A DNA stretch of 64,000 bases from Tubulanus polymorphus (GCF_964204645.1 NC_134028.1:13191263-13255262), one strand, 5' to 3'; shown: positions 25,326 to 39,095, counted from the first letter of the stretch. The notes: generated by a model from the letters alone, not told the origin. Numbers and translations are program-made.

Positions 25326-27608
25326 TGATGGTCATAGCGAACCTCCAATCATGCAGATTTGAGATCGCACCAATGACCGACAAAACATTAGCAACATACA
25401 TTTTGATCTGGGTTGAATCGATCCTTATGTAGTGCATAACGACCATGCTATCGGTCCAAAAATACACATTCGTGGCTTCCAAGTTGAGCTCTCTCTTAAG
25501 CATCGCACGAGTTCTAACACTCATAGTAGCAGCAGCTAGCAGCTAGTCTTTTCAATGGGGCTATTCGGGACTTTACGACCGACAACTGACAATGAGTCTC
25601 TCCATCGTTCATTAATCGCATATTAACTACCACCCTGAATCCGGACTCGCAAGCATCACTGAAATAATGTACCTGTTCGTTTACAATTTCACCAACATTA
25701 GTGAGCTTAATGTACCGGCATACGGACATTGATTCAAATCTTGGTATACCAGCTTTGCAATAAACCAACTTCTTAGTTAATCGCCAGTTGGCTCAATATC
25801 CCCGTCCATGCTATTTCTACAAACATCCTGAAGTGGAATTTTTCCAGGTAAGACGTAAGGAGATATGAGGCCAAGCGGATCAAACACTGATCTGATAACC
25901 AACAGAATGCCGCGGCGCATAGGCAGCTTTTCCTTTATCAATATACTAAAGCCAAAACTATCAGAATCCAACTACCACGACACCCCTAACGCTCGTTCTT
26001 GTAGCTGTATCGGCAACCTCAATGTAAGGTATGGCATGAATTACTGACTAATTGTTGCTGACCCATCCAGTTATCCGGAAACCGCCGCGTGCACACAAAA
26101 TTATTACTTGATCGAACCCCATCATTTACAGAGTCAATACTCTTTAAGCAATCGCCCACGTAGAAATTCCTTTACACAACATTCAGAACATCCTCATCAA
26201 AACTACTCGCAAAATCTTCTGCAGTAAAGCTGCGTTTCCATAACCACCTGAACTTACAGCGCCAAAAAGGTGTACAGTCATACGGCACATCTTGGGTTCA
26301 ATACTAGCATCACCAGCAGGCCACCACAACCAATTCTGCGTAACCACGTCCTATTATCGATTGACGCACTAACCGATCTAAATACTCGAGTTCTTCGTTC
26401 TCCGACGCAAGATGAGAGACGGCAACCAATTTAGAAGTCATAACTTTAAATTCAGGCCTTGTATTCCTCTCCAAAGGTGTGTATGCTTCTGTCACATCAT
26501 TACCAATAAACAATTCAATCTCCGAATCAATGGACGGCAAGTTAATTTCTTGGAGATGTGACTTAAGTCGTCTTGGGTGGGAATGTGCTTAGGAATTTTA
26601 TGTTCAGTATATACAATCGGGAGGTCAATGAACGATTTGGCTTCAATGTTGCTTACTTGAATTCCTTTCAAGCAGACAGTCTCCAAGGATACGACATCAC
26701 CAATAGTGTTGAGACCACATCTAACTCGGACACGTGAAAGCTGGAAAAATGCACAAGTCGGCCAGAATTGTGAAGTCTGGTGTTTTTCTATTCATCATCA
26801 TATTAATTTCTTGGTCAAAGTCAAATTTTCTAAGCCGAAAAATCGCAAATGTCGGATGAAATATTTATTCCCAAGTAGTCAAAATAAAGAAAGTCAATGA
26901 CCCTCATCTGCGCATAAACGGCAACATTCTTTTTGCGAAAGCTTGATATTTTGCCAGTGAATTTAATTACGATGAAGGAATTCAGCCATCAGTAGGGTGG
27001 ATGGACAGGCAGGCAGGTGGTGTCGACATGGGAATTGTTGAAAATTGGAAAAAAGACACTTTACGAGGCACGATACGAATGCTTTTTGGAATGCTACGAA
27101 GTGAGAAACATTTACAATGCCGATGAAACCAGGCTTTTTCTGGAAATTATAACCAGAAAAATCGCTTGGGTTTAAAGGTGAAGTTTATCAAGGCTACAAA
27201 CAGAGGAAACAGCGAATCACCACATTAGTTTGTTCTAATATGGATGGTAGTGACGAGATGCCTATGTTCTGTATCGGTAAAGCTAAAAAACCCTGGTGCT
27301 TAAAAAATGTGCACTATCTTCCTGCTGATTATGAAGCAAATAAGAAGGTTTGGATGAATAGTAAACTGTTTGAACAATGGGTGAGAAAATTTGATCGTCA
27401 TATGCCAATTGAGAGAAGAAAGATCGCACTAATCGTTGACAATTGCACCGCACATCCCCATCTTGAGGGTCTCGATAATATTGAATTGTTATCTCCACCT
27501 CCAAATACGACCAGCGTGTCACAGCCAATGGACGCGGGAATTATCAAAAGTTTGAAATTCCACTATCATAAAAATATTAGCAGAACGTCTTGACGCAGCA
27601 CAGCAGAA

Positions 27609-30600
27609 ACTAGGGGTCCAGGGACACCACGCCCACTTGGGAAGTGGTTTCAAATGCTCAACAATCTAACAATTTCAATACATAACACCCCCATGGTGAC
27701 CATATACAAAAACCAATGACCTTGAAACCAACCAAAATCATAGAACATATCAGCAGCTATGATTTTATAATTGTAGTTTTACTTCAAATATCGTGGCAGA
27801 GCTAACTCATGAAGCGAGATTTGTTGTTTTTCGCGGCGTCAGTATTGATAGCGCTACTGCTTATATTTTCAAGGTACTGTACCTGTTCTTGTTTAAGTTC
27901 TCGTTTCTTTGTGATTAAAATGGCCACTTCGTCATTACAGACGTTTATCGATAAACCTAGCCGAGAAAGTATAAATGTTCTAAAAAAGTCCGAGTTGCTT
28001 GATTTGGCAGCTCATTATAACGTATCTGTTAAAACGTCCCGAACAAAAGCGGATTTAAAGGATGTAATTGTGCGACATTTGATTGAATCTGGTGTAGTTA
28101 ATAATGATCAGTTTGAGTCAGTTCCAGCTAAAATGTCCGATGTTCCGGAGAGTGTTATCATTCGACATATCGAACTGGAGTTTCAAGAGAGAAAAAGAGC
28201 GAGAGAGGCACTTTCAACTATCGTTATAGCGGATGGAGGGTGAACACAGAGTGCGGATGCATGAATTGGAAATCAGTGCGTCTACCAGTAGATATCGAGA
28301 TAATGAAGTCGACTTCGACGTCACCCGTCTCATCAGAATGGTACCCAGATTCCAGGAGTCGGAAGAATTTTCGTCACTTTAAGAAGGTAGCGAACAATCT
28401 TAAGTGGCCTCGAGAAAGCTGGACACTCCTGCAAAGTGTTCTAGTGGGCAAAGCCCAGGAAGCTTATTCAGCTTTGAATTCTGAACAAAGTGCTCAATAT
28501 GAAACAGTTAAAATTGCTATTTTGAAGGCGTATGAGTTAGTACCTGAAGCCTATAGACAAAGGTTTCACCATCGGAGAAAAATTGATTCAGAAACTTTTG
28601 TAGAATTCGCTAAAGATAAAGAGAGTCTATTTGATAGATGGTGCGATTCAAGAGGTGTAGATAGTGATTTTGAAAAATTACATCAATTAATGCTGGTTGA
28701 AGATTTCAAAACTTGTATAGGTAATGATATAAAGACCTATTTAGAAGAGCAAAAGGTTGATAATTTATTGATTGCAGCTACGTTTTCTGATGATAATGCT
28801 TTAACTCATCAGAAAAGTAAAAAGCCGAATATCACCCAACCATCTTCCGTGTTCAATAAATCATCAACATCTCTAGTTTCTGATCATAGAGATCGAGATA
28901 GACTTATGAGATGTAATTATTGCAAAAAGCCCGGTCATTTAATTTCAAACTGTTACAAGTTACAGGGAAAACAACAAAAGGATAACAATTCTCTACATGC
29001 GTTAGGGAATGGTCTTGCAACAACAATCGAGTGCAAAGATAAAACTGTTCATATTGAAAGCAGTCCTTTAAGATCTTACGAACCATTTATTATTGAAGGG
29101 AGAATAGCATTAAATGAAACTTCAGAAAAGGTGAAATTAAATGCCTTAAGAAATACTGGAGCCTCTCAAACATTGTTGTTAGAAAGGACCTTACCTTTGT
29201 CAGAAAGTACATTTACTGGCCAGTATATTTTGTTGCGTGGCATTGGTCCTATCACGTTAGAAGTTCCACTTCATAGAGTTTTACCTTGAGACGTCATTAT
29301 TTTCTGGGTTAGTTATAGTGGGGATTAGGCCTACTTTACCCGTTCCGGGCGTGTCTTTGTTGTTAGGTAATGATCTTGCTGGGGGGAGGGTTATTGTCAA
29401 TCCATTAGTGACTAAAAACCCTATTTTAGATTCGGATGTGGAATCTTCGGAATCTAGTTATCTTGGATTACATCCTGCTTGTGTCGTGACTCGTTCGTTA
29501 GCAAAAAGAAAAAATGTTGAAGCTAGTAGTGATGATAAATCTTTTTCGTCTGATTCTATAGGTCAAAATTATAATTTAGATGTTGGTTCAAACCATATTG
29601 AGGGCCTTAGTGAGACGTTTTTTAGTAAGATTTTTGATGGGGCAGATTGCAATTTAGAGAAATTACGTTTCTTATCTAGAGCAGATTTAATCGAGTCACA
29701 AGCGCAGGATTCAGATGTTAGAAAGCTTAGCATTAACGCTGCATCTATTCTAGATGATTTAGATTGTCCCGTCGGTTATCATTTTTATTCAGGTGTATTG
29801 ATGAGAAAGAATAGACACCCTGATATTTTGCCTAGTGATGAATGGGCAGTGCAACATCAGATTGTAGTTCCTTTGGTGTTTAGAAAAGAGATCTTACATT
29901 TTGCGCATGATACACCTATAGGTGGCCATTTAGGCGTTAATAAAACGTATAAAAATATATTAAGGTATTTCTTTTGGCCAGGTTTGAAATCTGATGTTGT
30001 GTTGATATTCTCTGTGATTGTGTAGGTCCTCTACCAAAAACTCGCTCAGGAAATGAATTCCTGCTTACAATTATATGCAAATCTACACGTTTTCCAGAGG
30101 CTGTACCTCTCAGGCGTATCAACGCGGCTTCGGTTATAAAGGCTCTTACAAGATTCTTCACTAATTTTGGTCTTCAAACGACTATTCAGAGTGATAATGG
30201 GTCGTATTTTGTGTCTAATATGTTTTAGCAAATAATGCATTAACTCGACATTAAACAAAACACGTCGAGTCCTTATCACCCTGAAAGTCTAGGCGCATTG
30301 GAACGATTTCATCGCACTTTTAAGAATATGCTCAGAGCCTATTGTGAGGAAAATTCGTGAGATTGGGATAAGGGAGTGCCGTTTTTGTTGTTTGCTGTGC
30401 GAGATACTGTACAGGAATCTCTGGGTTTCAGTCCTAACGAATTAGTTTTTGGTCATCATGCTAAAGGACCACTGAAACTGATCAAAGATCTTTGGTTGCA
30501 TGAAACTACGGAAGCTTCATTGTTAAAATATGTCACTGATTTTAAGACGCGAATGTATGAAACTTGGCAATACGCCCGTGATCATCCACAGAAAACCCAG

Positions 30601-31396
30601 GAAAACATGAAAAAGTTTGATAAGAAAGCCAGATTTCGGTGATTTTCACCTGGTGAAAAAGTTTTAGTGTTGTTTCCTTTGGATGGTCACTGTTTGAGAA
30701 CAAAGTTTTCTGGTCCGTATGTTATAGAACGAAAATTATCGGACGTAAATTATTTAATTGAAACACCGGATCGTAAAAAGAGATTTTGTATCTGTATTAT
30801 GTAGTCTATTGAACAATCTGGTGTTTGTCAGGGTTTACGCCTCCATAAGGTTTGGTATAAATGTGTGCATTCCCTGACCAGTACCAGTTAGTTCACGCCG
30901 TTGCCACATTAAAGTTATATTGAAGTTAAGTCTACATTCGTCGTTTTGTGACGTCTGTCGTTGAAATTGGTGGATTTCGACCATGGCTGAAGGAGGCCGT
31001 AACATGGGCTACAACTTTCAGATTGATTATAGTGACACAATATGCTTAGGTATCAATTAAACGCGGAAAAACTTTTTCCCACCTACGAATGAGTACTGAT
31101 GACACCAAGATGGCGGCCAATTATGTCATAATTGGCTGATCAAAAATACCTGTCTCAGGTATAAAACATCCCTTTCTAAAGAATACCCATCACAAATTGC
31201 AATGAGAAATGGCAAACCAGTAGGGAGCTACAGGACCTAGAATTCCGGCCAAAATTGACATTGAAGCGTCTTCAAAACTTCCCAAAATAACTGGATTCCG
31301 TCTATGGACGGACGCTACGACGGACGAACGGACGGACGACGGACGAAAAGTGAACGCAATAGCCCGCTCGAACTAAAGTCCCAAGTGGGCTAAAAA
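27609..31396 (+). mobile_element. HINE-like family A copy, split by a Gypsy element
   Basis: Perfect subterminal IR GCCCACTTGGGA (27631-27642) / TCCCAAGTGGGC (31379-31390); (GGAC)n; inserted in an A-run with no evident TSD. Confidence 0.75.
27775..31004 (+). mobile_element. Gmr1-like Ty3/Gypsy LTR retrotransposon remnant (gag-PR-IN; RT absent)
   Basis: Gag with SCAN-like region and CNYCKKPGHLISNC knuckle; protease-like LRNTGASQT..LLGNDLAG; AHDTPIGGHLG; integrase DCVGPLPKT, QSDNGS, YHPES.GALERFHRT. LTR-like end GTAACA at 31004. Confidence 0.85.
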
Positions 31397-34371
31397 CCAT
31401 TTTCCTGGAATATGCTAGACTCGCTCCTAACCCTCCGTACAACATGGGGACAAGTCACAAGTCAGACTATAATCAACTGTTATAAAACATGTGGTTTCGA
31501 GCATACGTCCACTTTAGATTACGATGATACAGAGTCAATGGGAGAATTCAAAACTGTGATGTCTCTTTTAGCAGAGGCTACAGGGGAAACATTACCGTCA
31601 GTTGAGGATTACGTCAATATTGATTCCTGGCATTAACCGTCAATATTTTAAGCGATGTTGAAATTATTGACCTGGTACGAAGAGATGAGGCTGATGATGA
31701 CAACGATGACGATACTGACGAGTCTCAACCGATCATCCTGACCCATTAGAAGGCACTTGACGCAGTATCGAAAGTCTGAGCATACATAACAACCCACGCA
31801 TTGAGTGAGAATATTGATTCTCTATGCTACAGTGCATTGAAGTTAGCAACATTTGTTTGTACTCAGCGCTCGACAACACTTAAACAGAGCAACATAAATG
31901 AATTCCTCAAACCGAAATAATCTGACGTGTTGTAGATTAAGTCGGCAAAATTGTGCCGGTTCCAAGGTGTCCGACTTAGACGTGGAATAGCGCGATGGCC
32001 ATCATCGACACTGACTCCGCAGCATTATCTTTGCTTTCCGCGCTAACATCTGCAACATCTGTTTTGAACCTTTGAATATGCAACACTGTGTTGATGTGCC
32101 TTATGACATTTGTTGCACACAGCTCGATTCGAACACATACGACTTATATAGCCAGGTTGCAAGCACACAAAACATAGCAACTGCTTATGGATGAAATCGC
32201 TCTCCGAATGGCTTATTTTCAAAGCTATGACAAGATCGCAAATGATGGTTAATCTTTTTACAAAATATACAAATGTCGATTGATTTCGTATTATCAACGT
32301 TACCTGAACCTGGAGTAGTATCAGAATTTTCCGCAGCAGAAACACTTGCGTGACTAGATTAGGTTTAACATGCGGGAGACAAACTATTTCTAAGTCCTTG
32401 AAACATATCAACACCTTCTGATCTCTCTTTTGCACGACAATATTACGCCATTTATCCTGCATTGATAACGGAAGTTTTGCCACCAAATGCTTAATATTTT
32501 CAGGATACTCTAAAACCTTCAACGCATTGCTGCAATTAACAGCACTCTCGCATTCTGAGAGTAGAATCGCAAATTCGTCAAACGATTTCGGTTTATTCAA
32601 TCGTATTTCGGGCCAACTAAGCGCCTTTTGTATGAAAGCATGGGCTACAGTGTGCGGGTCACCATAACATTCTTTTAACTCACGCATGGCCGCTTCATAT
32701 CCCACTGTAATTTCGAGATAACTGTAACCAGTAACAATACGATATGCTTCACCTCGGGTAAACTGCTCCAAGTAACTCATCCATTAACCGAATCCTCGCA
32801 AACTTGTACTACTTTCATACGAAACTGCCGCATAAAGCGATTGTACACTGGTCCCCTGCAAACCTTTTAATATCAAAAACTGGTTTTTTGAGCTGATTTA
32901 TCATTATAGCAACAGGATCGATACCGACAGTTCCCTCTTGAAATGGACAATCGACATCATTATATTCGCGACTCTCCTCGCATGAATGAATTACGTCACT
33001 ATTTTTACGATAATCAACATTAGGTATGACAATGGTGAAAACGGATTCAGTTTCAGAGTATCATCTTCGGGATCTACGATTGAATCAATAGCTTTAGAGC
33101 ATTCGCCTGCAACATGTAACTCGGTATCTAATTTCAAAGCTTCTTCTTCTTGCTTCAAATAGAACATGCTTTCCTCTATTTGTTGTTGTCTTTTGAGCGC
33201 CACCTGGCGTTCCTGTATTTCGGCTACCTTCTGTGCTTCTTTCATTCGCGCCGATATAATCGAACTAGACCGACTTGACACTGAACATCTGCAAGAACCA
33301 CATAACTCGTCATGCTGGACTAAGAACGATTCATACAATGTCAACAACTCTTTGTAATCTTCAAGCACATTTGCAACTGTCACATTTTCGTCTAGTATTT
33401 TAGTGTGCAGAAAATCACTTTTTCGACGCAGTTCATTATATATCTAAGTAATACGTTATTTCAGCAAACTTTTTTGTGATTCTTGTCCCTTTTCTGTAAA
33501 TGTCTTCATACAAGCACCACGACCCATTTGGATACCATCAGACAACCTTTCTTCACTCTTATCCATTGCATTCGTTGAATGATATAAACTGAACTGAATT
33601 CATGCTATATGATATTTCTTCAATACGATTCACCACAAAAATATAACAAATCCAAACTTAGTTCAAAACATAACAAAATTTGGATACAGCAATTAACAAT
33701 TCTTTGTGTAATAACAACTTTAAATAACATTATAATGTAAGGATTTTCTTACCGAATTTATGACCATATGATTTAAATCTACATCATGTCCACACACAAT
33801 CTAAAATAATACTAAACCTCACCTACACAGATATATAAGCGAACCTATACAAAAACTGACGAAGTGTATCCTTATCCTAACAAGAGGCCCATGGGCCTTG
33901 AAGCATTGGTAGATTATACTGTGGTATTAAGTGGTTATAATGTTTTACATCTGCCGGCAAATCTTCTATGACGATGTTGATTGGGAGGACCACAGACTTA
34001 AAGGTCTATTTGTCTAGTACGATTTTATTCCTGAAAATGAATTTATTTTCTGCCGAACGATTTAGCCTAGGCTATTTGTACTGTTAAACCTCATTATTGC
34101 GATTCTGTTAAAAAGACGAAACTAGTTTATTCTGATGTTTTCCATCATGTCCCAGCCAAGATATTTATATCAATCAAGATTAGGATATAAAAACCCATTT
34201 TTACACGTGAACTGTTAGGCCCCACTGAATAATGAAAACAAAAACAGAACGATTTTTCTGAATGGAATTGCAAGACCCTCTGATCTTAGAGCTCCAAGTT
34301 CTGATGCATGTACGCATGCAAAACGTCGCAGAGAGCGATGCCGGCATTGGTGTCACTGAGGCCGGCTGATG

Positions 34372-34597
34372 ATTGTTTGTTTGTCTTTTTGTTTGTTTGG
34401 CTTTACGTACGTCGTTTGGATCTAGGTTTCCCAAGACTATTCCTATTGGATTGTTCACTTAACCTCACGACGGTACGGCCTTTGAAGTGTTGCCCGCACG
34501 CTGTTCGCAGCCAGCAGGACTCGAACCCACTTGTCACTCAGTATTGATAGTGGATTCAACAGCATCACGCCTTATCTCACTGAGCTACCGAGGCCGC
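34372..34597 (-). mobile_element. tRNA-derived SINE
   Basis: Minus strand has A-box GGTAGCTCAGTGAG, B-box GGTTCGAGTCC, a unique body and a CGTAAAGCC(AAAC)n tail; not a clean cloverleaf. Confidence 0.8.
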
Positions 34598-34965
34598 TCG
34601 ATTCAATTCCAAAAAACTACAGCAGCGGCAAATAACCATTGCAATATTGCAATTTACGACAAACAACGCGTAAATTCAATCACTGTTGTTTAACGCATGG
34701 AAAAGATAATAAAAGGTATTTTTTCCCGGCGCACATTACAAAGCGAATCTCTGCCGAGTGCAGAAGAGGGTGCTACCGCCTTAAGAGTGCGCAGCAGGTG
34801 GGTAGGGCGTCCTAAAGTGAAAACTTATATTAGAATATAGCCGAATCGAATTTACAATGTCAGTCAACTGATTGATGATACATGTTTGTTCTCGGCGTAC
34901 TTAACAATGATATTTTCCTCCAATAAACAACTCTGGTAAAATTTAATAAAATGATCTATCTTTAT

Positions 34966-35115
34966 AGAACGATAACCACACTCAAACGTGACAGGTCACA
35001 CCTGACGATCTCTAGGGTGAGATCGAAACGTCGTGTCTTTTATATATTTTTGATTGAATAAAAAAAATTCTGGTTTTTAAATTCTTTTAATCTGTAAATA
35101 GGGGGATTTTATCTT
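34966..35115 (+). mobile_element. 150-bp retro-insertion with a minimal hammerhead-ribozyme-like motif (Penelope pLTR/retrozyme-like)
   Basis: CTGAC-GATCTC-TAGGGT-GAGATC-GAAACGTC followed by AATAAA; exact 15-bp TSD ATGATCTATCTTTAT at 34951-34965 and 35116-35130. Confidence 0.65.
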
Positions 35116-36316
35116 ATGATCTATCTTTATTGGTGATATCGTATCATGGTGGTAGCCTACCGTTTACCGTTTGATGTTTCGTGTCATCATGAAATGGTTT
35201 TAACTTTAGTAAAGGCGTTCCCGCACGATCACAGACGGGTTTCAGTCACGAGTAGGCTGCCGTTCCACTGCTCTAGAAATACGTATTGTGACGCTGAGAA
35301 TTAATCCCAAATAATCCCATGGATACTGATAGTTGGAATAACAGTGATATCCAAACACTGTGATATTCATAAACCGGAGGTACATAATTTCATGTTTTTT
35401 CTATTCAGAAGAGGCTGTTCCCCATTCTTTACTGCCAATGTCAATGCGGACATATCGCTACGCGATTGTTTAACCCGCTCTCATCAACCAGATAATGAAC
35501 GAGAAAAATGCGATCGAATAACTTTTTGGACCATTAAATCAGAAATCTGGCGACGCTATGTTGTGGGGAATAATTGAAACAATTTTTTTAGTAATTTTCA
35601 GCTGTTTCTAATGTTTTACGTGAACGAAGTGACAATTTGAAGTTACTATGAAAATGAGAAGAGTCAGCGCTATTTTTTCGTACTACTATTTTCGATCCAT
35701 TTTACTAGCATTGGCATGACGTCATAGACGTCAACCAATGCTAACAAAATCAGTGAAGCCTACAGGAATAACACACAAAATAGGTAGAACAACATATCCT
35801 TAGTAAATGAAACTACACAACCTAACAACCACAATTATTTTACACATTTGTCTGGAATAATAAGGCTGATAAAATAAGACGTAGTGATAATTTAAATATA
35901 AAGGAACTAGAGGACCAAAGGTCCTGTGCCCTCGAGGTTCAGTTTTTTATAATATCGATGAAAACATATTGTTCATTCTACTACTCTTTAAACTATGCAG
36001 ATCTGTTTGCTTAAACAACTGCCCTGGGCACTACGGTGAGACTTGACGACTCGGACAGTGGTAGGTAGGAACAAATATGTCAGATCAATTTGTTTTGCTT
36101 TAAGCTATAGAGTGAAATATGGCCGGTTATATGACCAATGTCTATCACTTTCAAAGACTTTTTAATAATAATTGGACCGATAACAACTTAAATGAAAATC
36201 GACAAATAACTTTATTTCATTCAAAATAATAATTGCCCATGGGCCAAGAGGTTTTACCACAGACTTATGAAGTGCAGAGATGAGATGATAAGTCGAAGTT
36301 CTAAATACCAGTAAAC

Positions 36317-36487
36317 GATAGAGGGATGCAATTTGTAATATAGTAGATTCATTGTAGGTCAAAACAATGAACCGTAGCAGCCAAGGACAGAGTTGCGATA
36401 CGATAGAGGGATGCAATTTTTAATATAGTAGATTCATTGTAGGTCAAAACAATGAACCGTAGCAGCCAAGGACAGAGTTGCGATACG
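36317..36487. repeat. 84-bp tandem duplication
   Basis: CGATAGAGGGATGCAATT...GAGTTGCGATA occurs at 36317 and 36401. Confidence 0.9.
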
Positions 36488-36616
36488 AAGGCCAAAATAG
36501 TTTCCCATATGAGTCTAGTTCCCTCTTTTATCTTAAGGAACAAAAACCTGACTGACTGGCAAATATGGCTGGCCACATTCTATCAACCAATTGGAAGACT
36601 ACAGACAACTACATAC

Positions 36617-36728
36617 CTCACCGCCTTGTATGTTACTACTTGGATTCCAGCATAAAATTCGATTATCTTTGCCACAACTAAGCAGAAGGTCTGGATCTTG
36701 CGGACACCATGCCAAAGACAATATTCCT
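36617..36728 (-). CDS. SEC31: SEC31 coding exon: (R)[37 protein letters not shown]
   Basis: Matches Sec31 GIL..AW...[15 protein letters not shown]. Its first base completes the AG|A Arg codon of the previous exon; GTATGT donor; 112 nt. Confidence 0.95.
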
Positions 36729-37227
36729 CTAAAATTAAGAATGGTAGATAAACTAAACCTGCTTGATAATTATAATTCACTTCATTTTAAAGGAAATGAA
36801 ATTAAGACTTTTCCTGGTGATTCTTGAGTTCTGTGGTCACAAGAAGTATGAATATGAAAAGTTGACAATATGAAAACATAACCACTGATGTATTTCATCT
36901 TGAAATATCTTAACCTCCATGAAACTAATCTTTCCAAACAACTGATCTTTAACCACTTGAGTCTCGAGATTACGCCCCTGAGTGATTCCCCTCTGTGAAC
37001 TGCCATTTCACTGAACATTGAGATTTGCTAAAATAAATCTTCATATGCCATTCAATTTCCAGAGGTAGGTATTTTTAAACTCTAATCCCAACATTGCTTG
37101 TACTGTATTTGGCGGAAAACTTGGTTTTAGGATCCAGTTTGGCCCGCCATGTTCGAACAGTCCAGTTGGGAATGATTATATGCAATTCTTCAAGTCAAGC
37201 TCCAATTTTGTTTTGTATGCAATGTGA

Positions 37228-38295
37228 AATAAATTGCCCATGGGCAAAGTGTGGTTTACCTTGAAAGCTAGAGGTTGTTTGGAGTAAGGGCATTGCTTGA
37301 AAAAATCTTTTTAATTCGTGACTTCAAAGTCCTAGAAGTTTATATTGTATTTTATCTTTCTTAAAGAATTATTTTGGAGTCAAATAAGACCAAAGATAAA
37401 CATTTGTTTATGGTCTACGTCCAAAATTTCGTAGGGTACAGGTAGACGCGGCATTGGAAACTATTTTATATTTTTAAAAACATAATTTCACAATATGAAA
37501 AAATATTCAAATAAAATTCATATGATGTCACATATCAGAGGGTGGCTGAATATTGAGTCTTGGAAACGAAACCTCTTCCAAAGTATGGCCACGGAAGCTA
37601 AAACACCGGGGCGTAGTATTAGATCGTTTTAAATCCTGGAATTTACCGCTACAATATTCAGACCTCGACCTATACCTATAGTTTGGTGCTTAGTATTTTC
37701 AGGTCACAAGAAATTACAATTTATTTCAAATTCTATGAAACAGAAAACACAGCACTCATCTTCTGCTACGACGATTATTCAGCCTGTTATCATACCAAAC
37801 GTGCACGCACCAAGCAGCATTACAGCATCTCCATATAGTAGTCTGTACGAGCGTGTGTATGTGTGTGCAACAGTCTAATGTTTAGCACTCCCGTCGCGCG
37901 CACGTGGAGGCCTTGTGTAGTGAACGCTCGCTTCACTTCAATCTCAATCAACACAATCATCGGGTATTAAAACGAAACAATACCTATGGCGATATGTGAA
38001 ATAATTATATTCTCACCAGCATTTAAAATTTGCACTTAGTCCAATGAAAAGTACGCCATAAATGGCTTCCCCATAATTATTTTAGGAATTCCCCGTATAT
38101 CCCAAAAACAGCCAATCACATTCGCTCGTAGACGACGCCCCCCAATCGAGGTCATTGCAATTTTATACGCAAGAGCTAAGCATTTTCCCGCCAAAAACAG
38201 TTTTTCGTCGAATTTAAACAGAGTTGACCATGTCATCGACGGAGGTTCGTCATGTCTTCAATCGCATCGATTATACGTCGTTTAACCCGAGAACA
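37228..38295 (+). repeat. Interspersed repeat family B, long copy
   Basis: Colinear with 14898-15920. Confidence 0.8.
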
Positions 38296-39095
38296 AATGA
38301 AAAAAATGCTCACATAAAAAAACGTACCACGATTTTACATGAATTGGCTCAATGCCCACCTCATACTGCTGACAAAGGTAAACCAAAAAGAACACAACAA
38401 TTATGCATATGTCAATCTATTAAGGAGTTCATGTTTCAAAGAATAAGGCATCACAAGTTGAAAACTTGCATTTCCCTTGTGATGCCTTATTCTAGGATTG
38501 TACACTAAATTTACTGAATCCCTCCCTTCTTGCTGGAGACATCTAGTGATATAACCAATATAAGAAACAGCAGATGATACTGTTGGTTCAAATGAACACC
38601 TGCTGATTTCTGCGGCTAAGCCAATCATAGAGGAGTCTTTGCCTTTTGATTGGGTTATTATAACTGATATTTTTGTGATCAGATTTTTGTGAATAACTTC
38701 TTGCAAATTCTAACAGGGTCCTTTTAAAAATTCGGCTCCTTGGGAATTCGAGGATGGATAATGCTTTAATCAGGGAGGAAAGCCACCATAGAAAAAAAAT
38801 CCGGAAAATAAAAAGTTATACATCTGCCCCACCTTGCGAGCGCCGAAGGCCCAAAGCAACCCCCAGGGGGTTTGGGGGTTCTCCCCAAAGAAAATTTTTG
38901 AAATTAAAAGCGTTTTCCGAGCACTTATTGCGATCTAGAGCCCATGAACGATCACCATATTTTGAAAGTAATGTCCATTTCCAATGCGGCACATCCGCAT
39001 TTCACTAACAATCAGCATCTCAAACAGTAGAGGTCGAACCCCTAAATAAGTGAACATTGTGCCCTGTGCACCGCGATACCCGAATGACTGAATTG

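Larger units (their letters stand above)
26705..31990 (+). mobile_element. pogo/Tigger (DDE_1, CENP-B-like) transposon pseudogene, split by a HINE
   Basis: YNADET, LIVDNCTAH and PPNTTSVSQPMDAGIIKSLK (27100-27593), resuming as W..V...TIINCYKTCGF (31412-31636). TIR core CCACATCTAACTCGGACAC vs GTGTCCGACTTAGACGTGG. Confidence 0.85.
25330..33560 (-). mobile_element. Degenerate BEL/Pao LTR retrotransposon, split by a nested insertion at about 26705-31990
   Basis: Gag (MSYLEQFTRGEA..., LCFVCLQPGYISRMC, CNKCHKAH) at 32043-33383. Pol remnants VFDPLGLISPY, HYFSDACESGF, KSRIAPLK and FWTDSMVVMHYI at 25330-26690. Confidence 0.85.

Noticed and set aside
34510-34597. Functional tRNA gene
   Set aside because: No clean acceptor or anticodon stems; followed by a SINE body and AAAC tail.
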